Source: Macrostomum hystrix (taxonomy: Eukaryota; Animalia; Platyhelminthes). From it: a stretch of DNA of 64,000 nucleotides. Under the pieces are notes generated by a model, which was not told where the DNA came from, searched no databases, and saw nothing but the letters and a program-made list of their open reading frames with translations. The stretch covers positions 2,852,001 through 2,916,000 of the forward strand of contig CATNEN010000030.1 of the NCBI GenBank assembly GCA_950097015.1, given 5' to 3'. A program made the position numbers and the translations under genes. Shown piece by piece: positions 12,059 through 23,690 of this stretch. Every line of letters starts with the position of its first letter. The first letter of the stretch is position 1.

Positions 12059-13033
12059 ATGTCGAATGCTCCCGCTGCAGACAGCAACCAAGAGGGGACG
12101 AATGATTCGGTTGAGATGAGCGAACTAAATCCCAAATATCCCAAGATGATGAACGAGTTCCTATACAAAGACGTGCTCTTTGTTCACTGGACCACTCGCA
12201 GCAACATCGAGCGAGTTGAGCGCGAATTTGAATTTTTATCCGACGACTTGCTGATCGCCACCTTCCCGAAGTGCGGCACAACCTTGATGCAGGAGCTGGC
12301 CTGGCTACTGCGGCACAACCTGGACTTCCAGGCTGCCCGGTCGGCCAGAGTCTTCGAGCGGGTTCCCTTCCTAGAGGAGAACTGGACGTCGAAGTTTCCG
12401 GGCCATCCGGACGGTTGCTACCCCATGGAGTATCTGCCGAGCATGCCGCGGCCGCGCATCATCAAGACCCACCTGCCCTACCACATCATCGGGCCCAGAA
12501 TCGAGACGGCGCCGCGCGGCCTGAAGACAATTTTTGTACTGCGCAATCCGAAAGACGCCATGGTGTCCTACTATCACTTCTACAAGGGCGTTGTGGACTA
12601 CGGCCCGTGGCCCTGGGACTTCAGCCGCTTCTTCGACATGTGGATGGACGGCTGGATTGTCGCAGGCGACTGGTTCAGCGTCACGAAGGCCTGGTGGGCG
12701 CAGCGGCACCGCCCGGACCTGCTGCTGGTGAAATTCGAGGATCTGGTCCGCCGGCCGCTCAGCGAGATCCCCCGGGTGGCCGACTTCCTCGGCGTCAGAC
12801 TCAAAGACGCCGATGTGGCGCGCCTGGCTGACGCGTTGAGCTTCGAGTCGATGAAGATGAATCCGGCCACAAATTACAGCCACGTGCCCGGCATGATGGC
12901 CAACTTCAGCTTCATGCGCAGCGGCACCATCGGAGACTGGAAGCGATTCCTCACGGTCAGCCAGAGCGAGCAGTTTGACCGGCTGTACGCCGAGCGGATG
13001 GCCGGCACCGGCCTGCAACTGGAATTCGAATGA
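12059..13033 (+). CDS. Cytosolic PAPS-dependent sulfotransferase (SULT1-like fold), intronless CDS
   Basis: 324 aa with the 5'-PSB loop ATFPKCGTT, IKTHLP, the 3'-PB motif LRNPKDAMVSYYHF and C-terminal FMRSGTIGDWK. Confidence 0.95.
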   Translation: MSNAPAADSNQEGTNDSVEMSELNPKYPKMMNEFLYKDVLFVHWTTRSNIERVEREFEFLSDDLLIATFPKCGTTLMQELAWLLRHNLDFQAARSARVFERVPFLEENWTSKFPGHPDGCYPMEYLPSMPRPRIIKTHLPYHIIGPRIETAPRGLKTIFVLRNPKDAMVSYYHFYKGVVDYGPWPWDFSRFFDMWMDGWIVAGDWFSVTKAWWAQRHRPDLLLVKFEDLVRRPLSEIPRVADFLGVRLKDADVARLADALSFESMKMNPATNYSHVPGMMANFSFMRSGTIGDWKRFLTVSQSEQFDRLYAERMAGTGLQLEFE

Positions 13034-13509
13034 GCCGGCCAATTATCATCCGCCTCCCCAGCTGTGTACAATCGATAATAGAATAGAAATTACTCCTAGA
13101 CCAATTAGATCATGTGTGCAGTACAGTCAGTGGCAAAGCCTAGCATCCAAAGGCTGCGTACAGCGGTTCAGTCCATGGACTCAGTCCATTTTCTCTGCTC
13201 TGAGAATCGAACCTCGGACATCTCCCATTGCAGCCCGTAAGTGCATGGGCCTCCAGAATAAAGAATAAAAACCCCGAAATTCTATTAGCGTGTAACGTTT
13301 GTTTCCAAACGGCAAATATATTCGAATATTAAAATAGACAGTTTACAAGCTTTTAATAGTTAAACTCTAGCCATATTTGCTTGATTTCTTAGCATATCTG
13401 GCTACTGCAAGTATCCAGCATCGCTATTGCTTGCGCTCAAACTAGTGCGATTGAAACTGAACTTTGTAACTTAATTGATACTATAGGTTTCTTTTATGAG
13501 GATTTCAGG

Positions 13510-13985
13510 AGAATGAAATTTTGGAAAGATGGAATTTCGGAAAGATGGAATTTTAGAAAGATGGAATTTCGGAAAGATGGAAATTCGAAAAGATGGAATT
13601 TTAGAAAGATGGAATATCGGAAAGATGGAATATCGGAAAGATGGAATATCGGAAAGATGGAATATCGGAAAGATGGAATTTTAGAAAGATGAATTTTGGA
13701 AAGATGGAAATTCGAAAAGATGGAATTTTAGAAAGATGGAAATTCGAAAAGATGGAATTTTAGAAAGATGAATTTCGGAAAGATGGAAATTCGAAAAGAT
13801 GGAATTTTAGAAAGATGGAATTTAGAAAGATGGAATTTCGGAAAGATGGAATTTTAGAAAGATGGAATATCGGAACGATGGAATTTTAGAAAAATGGAAT
13901 TTCGGAAAGATGGAATTTCGGAAAGATGGAATTTCGGAAAGATGGAATTTCGGAAAGATGGAATTTCGGGAACATCAAATTTCGG
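13510..13985. repeat. 16-bp minisatellite GGAAAGATGGAATTTC
   Basis: Direct periodicity with ttttag and tatcg variants. Confidence 0.95.
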
Positions 13986-14616
13986 AAAGAAGGCGCTTCG
14001 ATTTTAAGGAGCATGAACTTTCAGTAAGTGAAAACTTTGTGCTTTCGGGAAGATTCGGAAATTTCGAAGCGCCCCATCAGTCAGTGAACAAGTGGCCAGC
14101 TTCTCTTTTTGTTGCGGCTGATGCAGCTGAGGATGCACTTTTAGTGCTTAAGTAAACTTTACACGCCTTGATTGACATCTATATAGAAAGTGGTTCGTGA
14201 AAATGCGAGCATGGGCTACGTTGGTTTGACATTCGAAGTTGCATTTTGAAGGGTTTAAGAATATAAGCGCACTGCACACGGCTCTAAAGCTCTCCAGAAT
14301 ACCTTTTCACATTTCCGTTTTGCAAAGCTGGTGCCTCTCCTAAGCTTGTAGATATTTGTTTTATCAGTGACCGAAATTGGTGCAGCTATAGTGCAGTCGA
14401 GAGGCCAATATAAAACTGTTTACGCCCAAGCCACACAGAGTTTACATTGTCGAAGTTTTTCGCTTTCACGGAACTACACTTACCAAAATATTAACACTTC
14501 ATCCACTGACGAAGCTTGACATGCCTATGGGATTTGTGAAAACTGATTAAGGGATTTCTTATGGACGCTTCAGTCTTTTGTAAAAAAATACTCTGATTTC
14601 TTATAACTGATTATGC

Positions 14617-15397
14617 AGGACAGGACAGGACTGGACAGGACAGGACAGGACAGAATAGGACACGACATGACAGAATTGGACGGGACAGAACAGGACAGAA
14701 TAAGACAGGACAGGGCAGGTTAGTACAGGAAAGGACAGAATAGGACACGACAAGACAGGACAGGACAGGACAGGACAGGACAGGACAGGACAGGACAGGA
14801 CAGGACAGGACAGGACAGGACATAAAAGGACAGGACAGGACAGGACAGGACAGGACAGGACAGGACAGGACAAGACAGGACAGGACAGGACAGGATAGGA
14901 CAGGACAGGACAGAATAAGACAGGACAGGATAGGACAGGACAGGACAGAATTGGACGGGACAGAACAGGACAGAATAAGACAGGACAGGGCAGGTTAGTA
15001 CAGGAAAGGACAGAAAAGGACACGAGAAGACAGGACAGGACAGGACATAAAAGGACAGGACAGGACAGGACAGAATTGGACGGGACAGAACAGGACAGAA
15101 TAAGACAGGACAGGGCAGGTTAGTACAGGAAAGGACAGAAAAGGACACGAGAAGACAGGACAGGACAGGACAGGACAGGACACGAGAAGACAGGACAGGA
15201 CAGGACAGGACAGGACAGGACAGGACATGAAAGGACAGGACAGGACAGGACAGGACAGGACAGGACAGGACAGGACAGGACAGGACAGGACAGGACAGGA
15301 CAGGACAGAATAAGACAGGACAGGGCAGGATAGGACAGGACAGGACAGGACAGGACAGGACTGGACAGGACAGGACAGGACAGGTCAGGACAGGACA
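14617..15397. repeat. (GGACA)n pentanucleotide satellite with a re-duplicated variant block
   Basis: The block AATTGGACGGGACAGAACAGGACAGAATAAGACAGGACAGGGCAGGTTAGTACAGGAAAGG occurs near 14675, 14950 and 15076. Confidence 0.97.
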
Positions 15398-15983
15398 GTT
15401 TGTCAAGATGAGGATATTGATGAATTAAATATTAAATTTTCATGAGGACAGAGGAGAGAAAATGAATCTAACTAAGTCAGTTGAACTAGATGTAGCGATT
15501 GGCACAGCTATATACTCGTATATTGGATAGTGCTTCTAAATGCTGCATACAGCTGTTCAGTCCATGGACCGGAGGAGGGTCGGCACTCGGCAGTCAAAAG
15601 CCTTTTGAACACAGAATTCGATAGTAGTACACCATTTTTGTACCTATATTTGAATGCTGCAAGATGACAGCATTGAAAATTAAAAACTGGTGCATTCCTC
15701 ATTTTATTTCTTGAAGTTTACGAAAATGTACAAAAAGAAGAACAATTATAGTATTTATTTCAATAAGACGCAGAGCAGAAACAAATTACTTATGTTTGGC
15801 TTTTGGCCTGTGCAAAGAAAGTTTAATCGAAAACAATTATACATTCTGTAATTCTGAGCTAGCAAAAGCTTATTATGCGTGAAGGTCTCGCCGGAAAATC
15901 CTCCAGATCCGTTTTCTTAGAAACGGTTCACCAACACCGGCGGACAAGTTTTAATCAAATCCATTTTTACGACTTTCTCCTCA

Positions 15984-18047
15984 TCAGACCATCTGAACTG
16001 ACTCGGGCGCCTCAGAATCTACCTTGAAGGTGTCGCCATCAGCGGTCGAAGTCTCCAGCAGGTGGCGGCACACGGCCAGCGCCAGACCATGCTCATCCGC
16101 CAGCTCGTTCGGCAGGTCGCCAGCTTCAACGGCCTCGCGAAGCAGCAGCGAAGCGGCCAACGCAGCGGAAGGCGACAAGCGCAGCGGCAGCGGCCCGGCT
16201 GGCGACCTGAGCTGCTCCATTGAGTTCAGCCGCTGCCTCGGCGGCTTGGCCTTGCCCGACTTTGTGCTCATCAAATAGGCCAGCTCAATGAACTCAAAGA
16301 AGGACAGGATCGACACGCCGGCGTAGAGACCAAAAATGCCGCCGATCTCGGACAGGGCCTCGGCGAACGAGTAGCTCTCCACTTCCTCGTGAAGCGTTCC
16401 CGTGGGGCTGTCCGCGTGAATGGCCACCTTAAGGAAGTTCTTGCGCACTAGAAACTCAGCCACAGTCCAGTTCAGGCCGTGATTGTGCTCCGTCAGGTCG
16501 ATGATGTCCTTAATGGGCGACACGGTGGTGCTGCGCAGGATGTGGTTGTAAACCTTGCCGCCCACCGTCTCCTTCAGGAATGCGGGAATGACGAACTGGT
16601 TGATGAGAAACTGGATGTCTCGCTGGCTGGGCCAGGCTGAACTGCCCATCTTCACATTGTAGTGATTGACGCTGCACGGCTGGAAGTTCTGAGACTCCCT
16701 AAAGTAGTCGAAGATCTCGTGCTTGAGCCTGTCCTCGTAGACCTTGTCGTGACACTGTATGTGGCTCAGGGTGCGCCTGATCTCCTCAGGATCCGTGCCG
16801 TTTCCGCAGTAGTAGCATAGCTCGGAGTTGAAGCTCTGGAACGGCATGGTGTGGGTGAAGCAGTGACAGGCGGACCAGAACATAGCCTGGCTCTTCTCAA
16901 CAATGTAGTCCAGGCGGGCGCGTTTGAACTTTTTGAAATTCGGCGGCGGCTTGGGTCCCGGATTGCGGATATTGCTGCCGGGATAATAGGCCATGTACTC
17001 CATCCAGTCCCGGTCGCCGCTGGTCTCCTCGCGGCACGGATGCTCCGGCCGGTTCTTGGAAAGCTTGCGCTCCATGTAGAAGTTGATGTTGGAGAAATCC
17101 CCGTTGCCCACAATGACACTGTTCATGTCCATGTGGGGATAAGTGTCCTTTTCGTGCAGGATCACCCTCATGCCATCTGGCTCAAGCTTGTCACCAGCCA
17201 GGAGCTGGTTCAGTGACAGGTTGTAGTTCTCCAGGTAGCGTTCCAGGAAGTTGGACTGGTTGCCGCGATGGTTCAGCTCGGCGTCTTCAAAGAAGGTGCC
17301 GCGAATTGTTGTCAGTCCGTTGCTAGGGTGCACCTTGAGCAGATGCGAGTTGGTATACATAATTAGGTTTAGTCCTTCGTCTTCGTTGCTTGAGTACACC
17401 TGGCGGTCCTCGCGACCCTCCTCAAACCTGGGCGAGAAGGTGTAGCAGTTCCAGTAGTCCAGATTCTGGATCATCTTGAACTGCTTGTTGGAGCATTCGC
17501 GGCTCTTGTACCTGCACTGCACAATGAACAGATCATCGTCGTGCGCCAAATCGCGCGTGTCCTCCGAGGCCCAGAAGATCTGCATGAACTTTCTGGCCAT
17601 CTTCATCCGGCCCACCGTGCTGTTCTCCTGAAAATTGCCGGCCGCGATGAAGCCGCTGAAATAGTTCCAGTAGCGGCTGATGTGGCCGTGGATCTCTTCA
17701 GCAGCGTGGTGCTGCACCGACTCGGAGATCGGGTACATGTTGCAGAAGGTGACGTCCGGAAACTCCTGCCGAATGCGGCCCTGCAGGATGACGGAGTTCA
17801 CTGGAGTCTCCATGTAATTGGCCACGATGAGGTAGATGTGCACGGAGCAGGCGGTGAGGCTGACTAGGGTGATGCAGAGCCAGAACAGCTTCCGCGTGGT
17901 GTCAGTGGACTGGTAGATGTGTCCCAGGCCGTGCACTGTGGTCCTGTGGCCGTAGTCGTTAAACTCGTTGATCAGAAACCTTAGAGTGTTGCCCCTACGG
18001 CGCTGCTGCTGCTGCTTGTTGCCCATTGCTGGTGGCGCGGAAGCCAT
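15984..18047 (-). CDS. DEG/ENaC (ASIC/FaNaC-superfamily) amiloride-sensitive-type cation channel subunit, intronless CDS
   Basis: 687 aa. Pre-TM1 TTVHGLGHI, TM1 FWLCITLV, FPDVTFCN, NCYTF, DGMRVILHE, and TM2 LSEIGGIFGLYAGVSILSFFEFIE with a G-x-S filter. Confidence 0.95.
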   Translation of the reverse strand: MASAPPAMGNKQQQQRRRGNTLRFLINEFNDYGHRTTVHGLGHIYQSTDTTRKLFWLCITLVSLTACSVHIYLIVANYMETPVNSVILQGRIRQEFPDVTFCNMYPISESVQHHAAEEIHGHISRYWNYFSGFIAAGNFQENSTVGRMKMARKFMQIFWASEDTRDLAHDDDLFIVQCRYKSRECSNKQFKMIQNLDYWNCYTFSPRFEEGREDRQVYSSNEDEGLNLIMYTNSHLLKVHPSNGLTTIRGTFFEDAELNHRGNQSNFLERYLENYNLSLNQLLAGDKLEPDGMRVILHEKDTYPHMDMNSVIVGNGDFSNINFYMERKLSKNRPEHPCREETSGDRDWMEYMAYYPGSNIRNPGPKPPPNFKKFKRARLDYIVEKSQAMFWSACHCFTHTMPFQSFNSELCYYCGNGTDPEEIRRTLSHIQCHDKVYEDRLKHEIFDYFRESQNFQPCSVNHYNVKMGSSAWPSQRDIQFLINQFVIPAFLKETVGGKVYNHILRSTTVSPIKDIIDLTEHNHGLNWTVAEFLVRKNFLKVAIHADSPTGTLHEEVESYSFAEALSEIGGIFGLYAGVSILSFFEFIELAYLMSTKSGKAKPPRQRLNSMEQLRSPAGPLPLRLSPSAALAASLLLREAVEAGDLPNELADEHGLALAVCRHLLETSTADGDTFKVDSEAPESVQMV

Positions 18048-18723
18048 TTTCTGGCTGTTGGTTTATTTTCTGAAGACTGCCAGCCAAGCGCTTCGATGAT
18101 TTATCATTTATAAACACTTTTTTGTGTGGCGCGCACAGCTTGGCAGGTCCCGTTCCCTTGTTCCCTTGTTATAAGCCACCAGTGGCCACCCACAGCTGGT
18201 CTTCAACCTTTCCGCTCCGAGGCTACATCCCCAACCCTTGTCTGGGCTTTTCCCATCCAAACCCGCGGGTTGGGAAATCGGTCGGTGCCTACAGTTGAAA
18301 GCTGTCGCACATTGGTCCGCGAGATGCTCCGTGTTAGGGGAGCAGATTCGCGCGCAGGGGAGCAGAATGGCGTGGGGTTGCGGCCGAGTTTTTCAGTTTT
18401 TGGGCGACAATTTTCCGTCTCTACCAGAACGCATTCCGAACTGTTGGGAACTGTCCAACTGTCCAGCTGCTAGCAGTCAAACTATTTGCTTACTGAAGCA
18501 GCCTGCTGGTGTCTGGAAATACGATGGATTCGCGACTGCCACACCCCAGCCAGTGTGATGTGGCAAGCTCAGCTGTCGCCTAATTTATCTGCGGTACTCT
18601 GAGCTCTGATCGGCTCTGATCTAGGCGATCATCCTAAACTGTCGGCTGATGTACTGGGGGCTTTGCGGCTGCGCTTGACTGAAAGATACTTGATTGGGTT
18701 TGAGAATCTGGCGAACCCAGACT

Positions 18724-19466
18724 GATTCGGATTCGGATTCGGGTTTGGATTTGGGTCTTCGGGTTTGGATTTGGGTCTTCGGGTTTGGATTAAGATGCGG
18801 GTTTTGATTCAGATTCGGGTTTTTATTCAGATTCGGGTTTTTAGTTCAGATTCGGGTTTCTAGTTCAGATTCGGGTTTTTAGTTCAGATTCGGGTTTTTA
18901 ATTCGGATTCGGGTTTCGATTCAGATTCGGTTTTTCATTCTGATTCGGTTTTTGATTCAGATTCAGGTTCTAATTCAGATTCGGGTTTGGATTCAGGTCT
19001 TCGGGTTTCGATTCAGATTCAGGTTTTTTGTTCGATTCGGGTTTTAATTCCCATTCGGGTTTAGATTCAGATTTGGATTTTTAGTTCAGTTTCGGGTTTG
19101 GATTCAGATTCGGGTTTGGATTCAGATTCGGGTTTTTAGTTCAGATTCGGGTTCTGATTCAGATTCGGGTTTTAGTTCAGATTCTGGTTTTGATTCAGAT
19201 TCGGGTTTTTAATTCGGATTCGGGTTTTTAGTTCAGATTCGGGTTTTGATTCAGATTCAGGTTCTGATTTAGATTCGGGTTTGGATTCAGATTCGGGTTT
19301 TTAGTTCAGATTCGGGTTTTTAGTTCAGATTCGGGTTCTGATTCAGATTCGGGTTTTAGTTCAGATTCTGGTTTTGATTCAGATTCGGGTTTTTAGTTCA
19401 GATTCGGGTTTTGATTGAGATTCTGGTTTTGATTCAGATTCGGGTTTTTAGTTCAGATTCGGGTTT
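18724..19466. repeat. 18-19-bp minisatellite (GA/AG)TTCAGATTCGGGTTTT
   Basis: Direct periodicity with a variable T-run. Confidence 0.93.
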
Positions 19467-20235
19467 ACATTCCACATTAAAGGATGTGGAAGCAAAACAA
19501 GTATTACGCTCGCCATAATATCCGGCAATTAGAATGCAAAAAAAAACAAAAAATTTTACTGCTTTTTGACAATGCTCCAGCTAGTTATTAATCGTGTATC
19601 GCATTGCCGAAAACTGTTTCAGATATTTCCGGTTATGGCCCGGTCCCGGGTAATAACTCCTGCCAATGGGAAAGCTGGGTTTAAAAAACTGGAATTACTC
19701 GGGTGGACTCAGAGTGTAGAAGAAGACTCGAAAAACACGCCATGTATGGAGCTTGAAGACCAGCGGTTAGAGGTTTGAGCTTTTGACTGAGAGGTCGGAG
19801 GTTCGTTTCTCAGCCCAGAAAGTAATGAATTTGTACCATTAATAGCTTGTGATAATAATATTAATTGCAGGAGGGCTGTGGGCAACGGCATATCACGCAT
19901 ATCACTATCCTGAGCACTCACTTACACAGGTGTGTACATCTGCCACGACTTTCTCATCGTCTGGCCGATGTGTCATTGAACAAGATACTACATTTATAAC
20001 TGCTTCAGCTAACTCGGCTGTAAAATGGGTGAAATAATCTGGTTGATTTGGTAGATATTAGTGTGGGTGTAGTCCAAAGACTGAACAGTTGTACATAGTC
20101 TTTGTATTGCTTGGCTTTCTTTGCTAATGCTCTAAGTAGGAATCAAAACTATTTATGCTACTATGTCATTAAGCCTGAGCAACTATCTTATTAACCAAAT
20201 GGATCAATATATAATTACATTTTCTCTTTCATTTT

Positions 20236-20459
20236 TTCGGCCTATTAACTCTGATTGGCTGACATCAGTCACGTGCTAGTTTCGGCCTATTAACTCTGAT
20301 TGGCTGACATCAGTCACGTGCTAGTTTCGGCCTATTAACTCTGATTGGCTGACATCAGTCACGTGTTAGTTTCGGCCTATTAACTCTGATTGGCTGACAT
20401 CAGTCACGTGTTAGTTTCGGCCTATTAACTCTGATTGGCTGACATCAGTCACGTGTTAG
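20236..20459. repeat. 45-bp tandem repeat x5 containing CCAAT-box and E-box motifs
   Basis: Unit TTCGGCCTATTAACTCTGATTGGCTGACATCAGTCACGTG(C/T)TAGT at 20236, 20281, 20326, 20371 and 20416. Confidence 0.95.
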
Positions 20460-21371
20460 GGTAGGGTGGTTGTTCACGAGGGTTTCCCAGCGAAAATTCT
20501 CTACAAATGGCAGCTGATAAACTCGCCTTAGCCAATCAGAGTCTGAGGCCATTACTTGAAAGCAATCAATTGAGAAAACAAAATTGTCAGCGTATGAGCT
20601 TTAAGAATGCATAAAAACGGATAATTGTGAAGGAGAATGACTGATGGGCCTTCATCATTTTGTTATCTGCACCTCATAAATATATTTTCTAAGAGAGACA
20701 GACAGAGAGGTGTAGAGAGACAGAAAGGGGAGAGAGGGAGAGAGGGGAGAATCACAGAAGTGATGGCCGAGTACAAAAATTAGGGGACAGTGCGAGTTTT
20801 CCTATCAAATAAAGAACGTCAGTCGCAGCAGCGGGGGCATTGCTGCTGCGACAAGCCTTACAAGCCGTTAGAAAGAGCAAAAATGGTCAAGGCAATGTAA
20901 AATATACTGACTGGGTTCGGTCCACGGCTTCAGGGAACAAAATTTATGCAAAAACTCATTGGGAAATTTCAGGGGAAATTTTTTCGCGAGAAATCCGTTG
21001 CCGTTTCAATACAGCCCGCTGACGTCACATGACAGCGCAGGAATTGCCGTGCTGAATGTCACACTCGCTGCTGGTGCAGGTTAATGAGACATGTCTGTGC
21101 GGCCCTGAGCAAGCAGAGCAATAATTAGCCAACTCGTCATGCCTCTTTTGAGTCTTCTGCTGCTGCTGCTGCTGCTTTTGTTGCTCTTTTTGTCCATCGG
21201 GTTGCTGAATGGTGTTATATTGACCGTCTTCGCGAATGAATTAGCTGCGACAAAAATTGACTGGGAATGGAAAATACAAATGCTCGAAAAGCACTGTGGG
21301 TCAATAGCATTAGCATTGCATTTCATTGAACCAATGTATCACGGGAAAGTAGCAGGATTATATGTCTAGGA

Positions 21372-22220
21372 AAGTAGGAATGGGATAATAGGTCAGTGGA
21401 AGTAGGAATGGGATAATAGGTCAGTGGAAGTAGGAATGGGATAATAGGTCAGTGGAAGTAGGAATGGGATAATAGGTCAGTGGAAGTAGGAATGGGATAA
21501 TAGGTCAGTGGAAGTAGGAATGGGATAATAGGTCAGTGGAAGTAGGAATGGGATAATAGGTCAGTGGAAGTAGGAATGGGATAATAGGTCAGTGGAAGTA
21601 GGAATGGGATAATAGGTCAGTGGAAGTAGGAATGGGATAATAGGTCAGTGGAAGTAGGAATGGGATAATAGGTCAGTAGAAGTAGGAATGGGATAATAGG
21701 TCAGTGGAAGTAGGAATTGGATAATAGGTCAGTGGAATTAGGAATGGGATAATAGGTCAGTGGAAGTAGGAATTGGATAATAGGTCAGTGGAAGTAGGAA
21801 TTGGATAATAGGTCAGTGGAAGTAGGAATGGGATAATAGGTCAGTGGAAGTAGGAATTGGATAATAGGTCAGTGGAAGTAGGAATGGGATAATAGGTCAA
21901 GGTAAGTAGGAATGGGATAATAGGTCAAGGGAAGTAGGAATGGGATAATAGACCAGTGGAAGTAGGAATGGGATAATAGGTCAAGGGAAGTAGGAATGGG
22001 ATAATAGGTCAAGGGAAGTAGGAATGGGATAATAGGTCAAGGGAAGTAGGAATGGGATAATAGGTCAAGGGAAGTAGGAATGGGATAATAGGTCAAGGGA
22101 AGTAGGAATGGGATAATAGGTCAAGGGAAGTAGGAATGGGATAATAGGTCAAGGGAAGTAGGAATGGGATAATAGGTCAAGGGAAGTAGGAATGGGATAA
22201 TAGGTCAAGGGAAGTAGGAA
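21372..22220. repeat. 28-bp minisatellite AAGTAGGAATGGGATAATAGGTCA(GT/AG)GG
   Basis: Direct periodicity, about 30 copies. Confidence 0.98.
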
Positions 22221-22522
22221 GGGGATATAATTTGCCAAGGGAAGTGTGATTAGGAGTGTGATAAAGGTTCAACACTTTTCGCTGTGATTAAGATAACGGC
22301 ACAGTCAAAGAGAACAGTTTAATAGATAATTCCCAGATATGACAGCACCTATTAGCACCTGAAGTATGAAAAAGGCAGTCACCTTGGTGAGTTTTCCGTG
22401 CTGTTCCGTCTGTTTCATCTGTGGCTCCCCAAAGCAGCAGTATAAGCAGGCATTGTTGCAGGGCTTTTGCTGCCTGAGCACTGCTAAGAGTCGCAGGTAC
22501 TTCCTGCACCGTTTGCACTGGC

Positions 22523-22551
22523 CCTGCTGCTGCTGCTGCTGCTGTTGCTGC

Positions 22552-22646
<95 letters not shown>

Positions 22647-22649
22647 TTG

Positions 22650-22722
<73 letters not shown>

Positions 22723-22727
22723 TGCTG
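22523..22727. repeat. (CTG/TTG)n trinucleotide tract, about 68 units (CAG/CAA on the minus strand)
   Basis: Seen directly; coding status unresolved. Confidence 0.97.
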
Positions 22728-23324
22728 GTCTGAAGCAGCAAATTCTGGATTTCGGAGCCCTTGCCTGTGACAGGCGGCCGCATGGCCGGGAGACAGTGTC
22801 CGAAAATCAGGACAGCAGGGCAGGCGCAGGTTGGCAGCCTTGTAGCAGGCCATTGCTATCTGGTTGGCCAGCAATGAGACGCCGTGATTTCTGCTCTTCA
22901 ATCTGTATTATATTCTATCCTTTTCAATTCGTTGCAATGCATCAAAACCAACGCATTTTTGTCCGAAATATTACAAAAAGTTGAGACACTGTTGAGACAA
23001 AAGATTTCACGAGCAAAGCATTATCTATGGGCCGGATCACTGCTCGGGCCTACGCCTTTGAATCCAACCTATTTTAGCTAAAAATGGGTTGCATCGATTA
23101 ATAAATCAGCCTGTTAATTTATTTTCAAGAGATCAGATATATTTAATAGGCTAAGTGAGATTTTGTTCTGTTAACTTGCTATGCGTATTACTTTCAGTAA
23201 GCTAGCGTGACAATTCATAAACTTTGATGATACTCTTTCAATTCTATTACTTACCAAGTTTTACGAGGTTTTTATTTTTATTTTACGCGTGCGTCATTGT
23301 TTCTTAGAAAAAGAGTTGGTCAGG

Positions 23325-23690
23325 ATGCTGGATTCTTAGAAAGTGGATCGATCAGGATGCTGTGTTCTTTGACAGCGGATTGGTCAAGATGCTGGATTCT
23401 TAGAAAGTGGATCGATCAGGATGCTGTGTTCTTTGACAGCGGATTGGTCAAGATGCTGGATTCTTAGAAAGTGGATCGATCAGGATGCTGTGTTCTTTGA
23501 CAGCGGATTGGTCAAGATGCTGGATTCTTAGAAAGTGGATCGATCAGGATGCTGTGTTCTTTGACAGCGGATTGGTCAAGATGCTGGATTCTTAGAAAGT
23601 GGATCGATCAGGATGCTGTGTTCTTTGACAGCGGATTGGTCAAGATGCTGGATTCTTAGAAAGTGGATCGATCAGAATGCTGGATTCCTA
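23325..23690. repeat. 64-bp tandem repeat (diverged 32+32 dimer), about 5.5 copies
   Basis: AAGTGGATCG at 23341, 23405, 23469 and onward; both halves begin GATGCTG. Confidence 0.95.

Noticed and set aside
2478-18047. MFS + sulfotransferase + channel as a co-functional cluster
   Set aside because: Genes alternate in strand, are kilobases apart, and nothing in the sequence shows co-regulation; only the shared intron-poor structure is reported.
21372-22220. G-quadruplex role for G-rich arrays (also 54960-55580)
   Set aside because: Mostly GG runs with long loops; only weak two-tier potential, not supportable from sequence.
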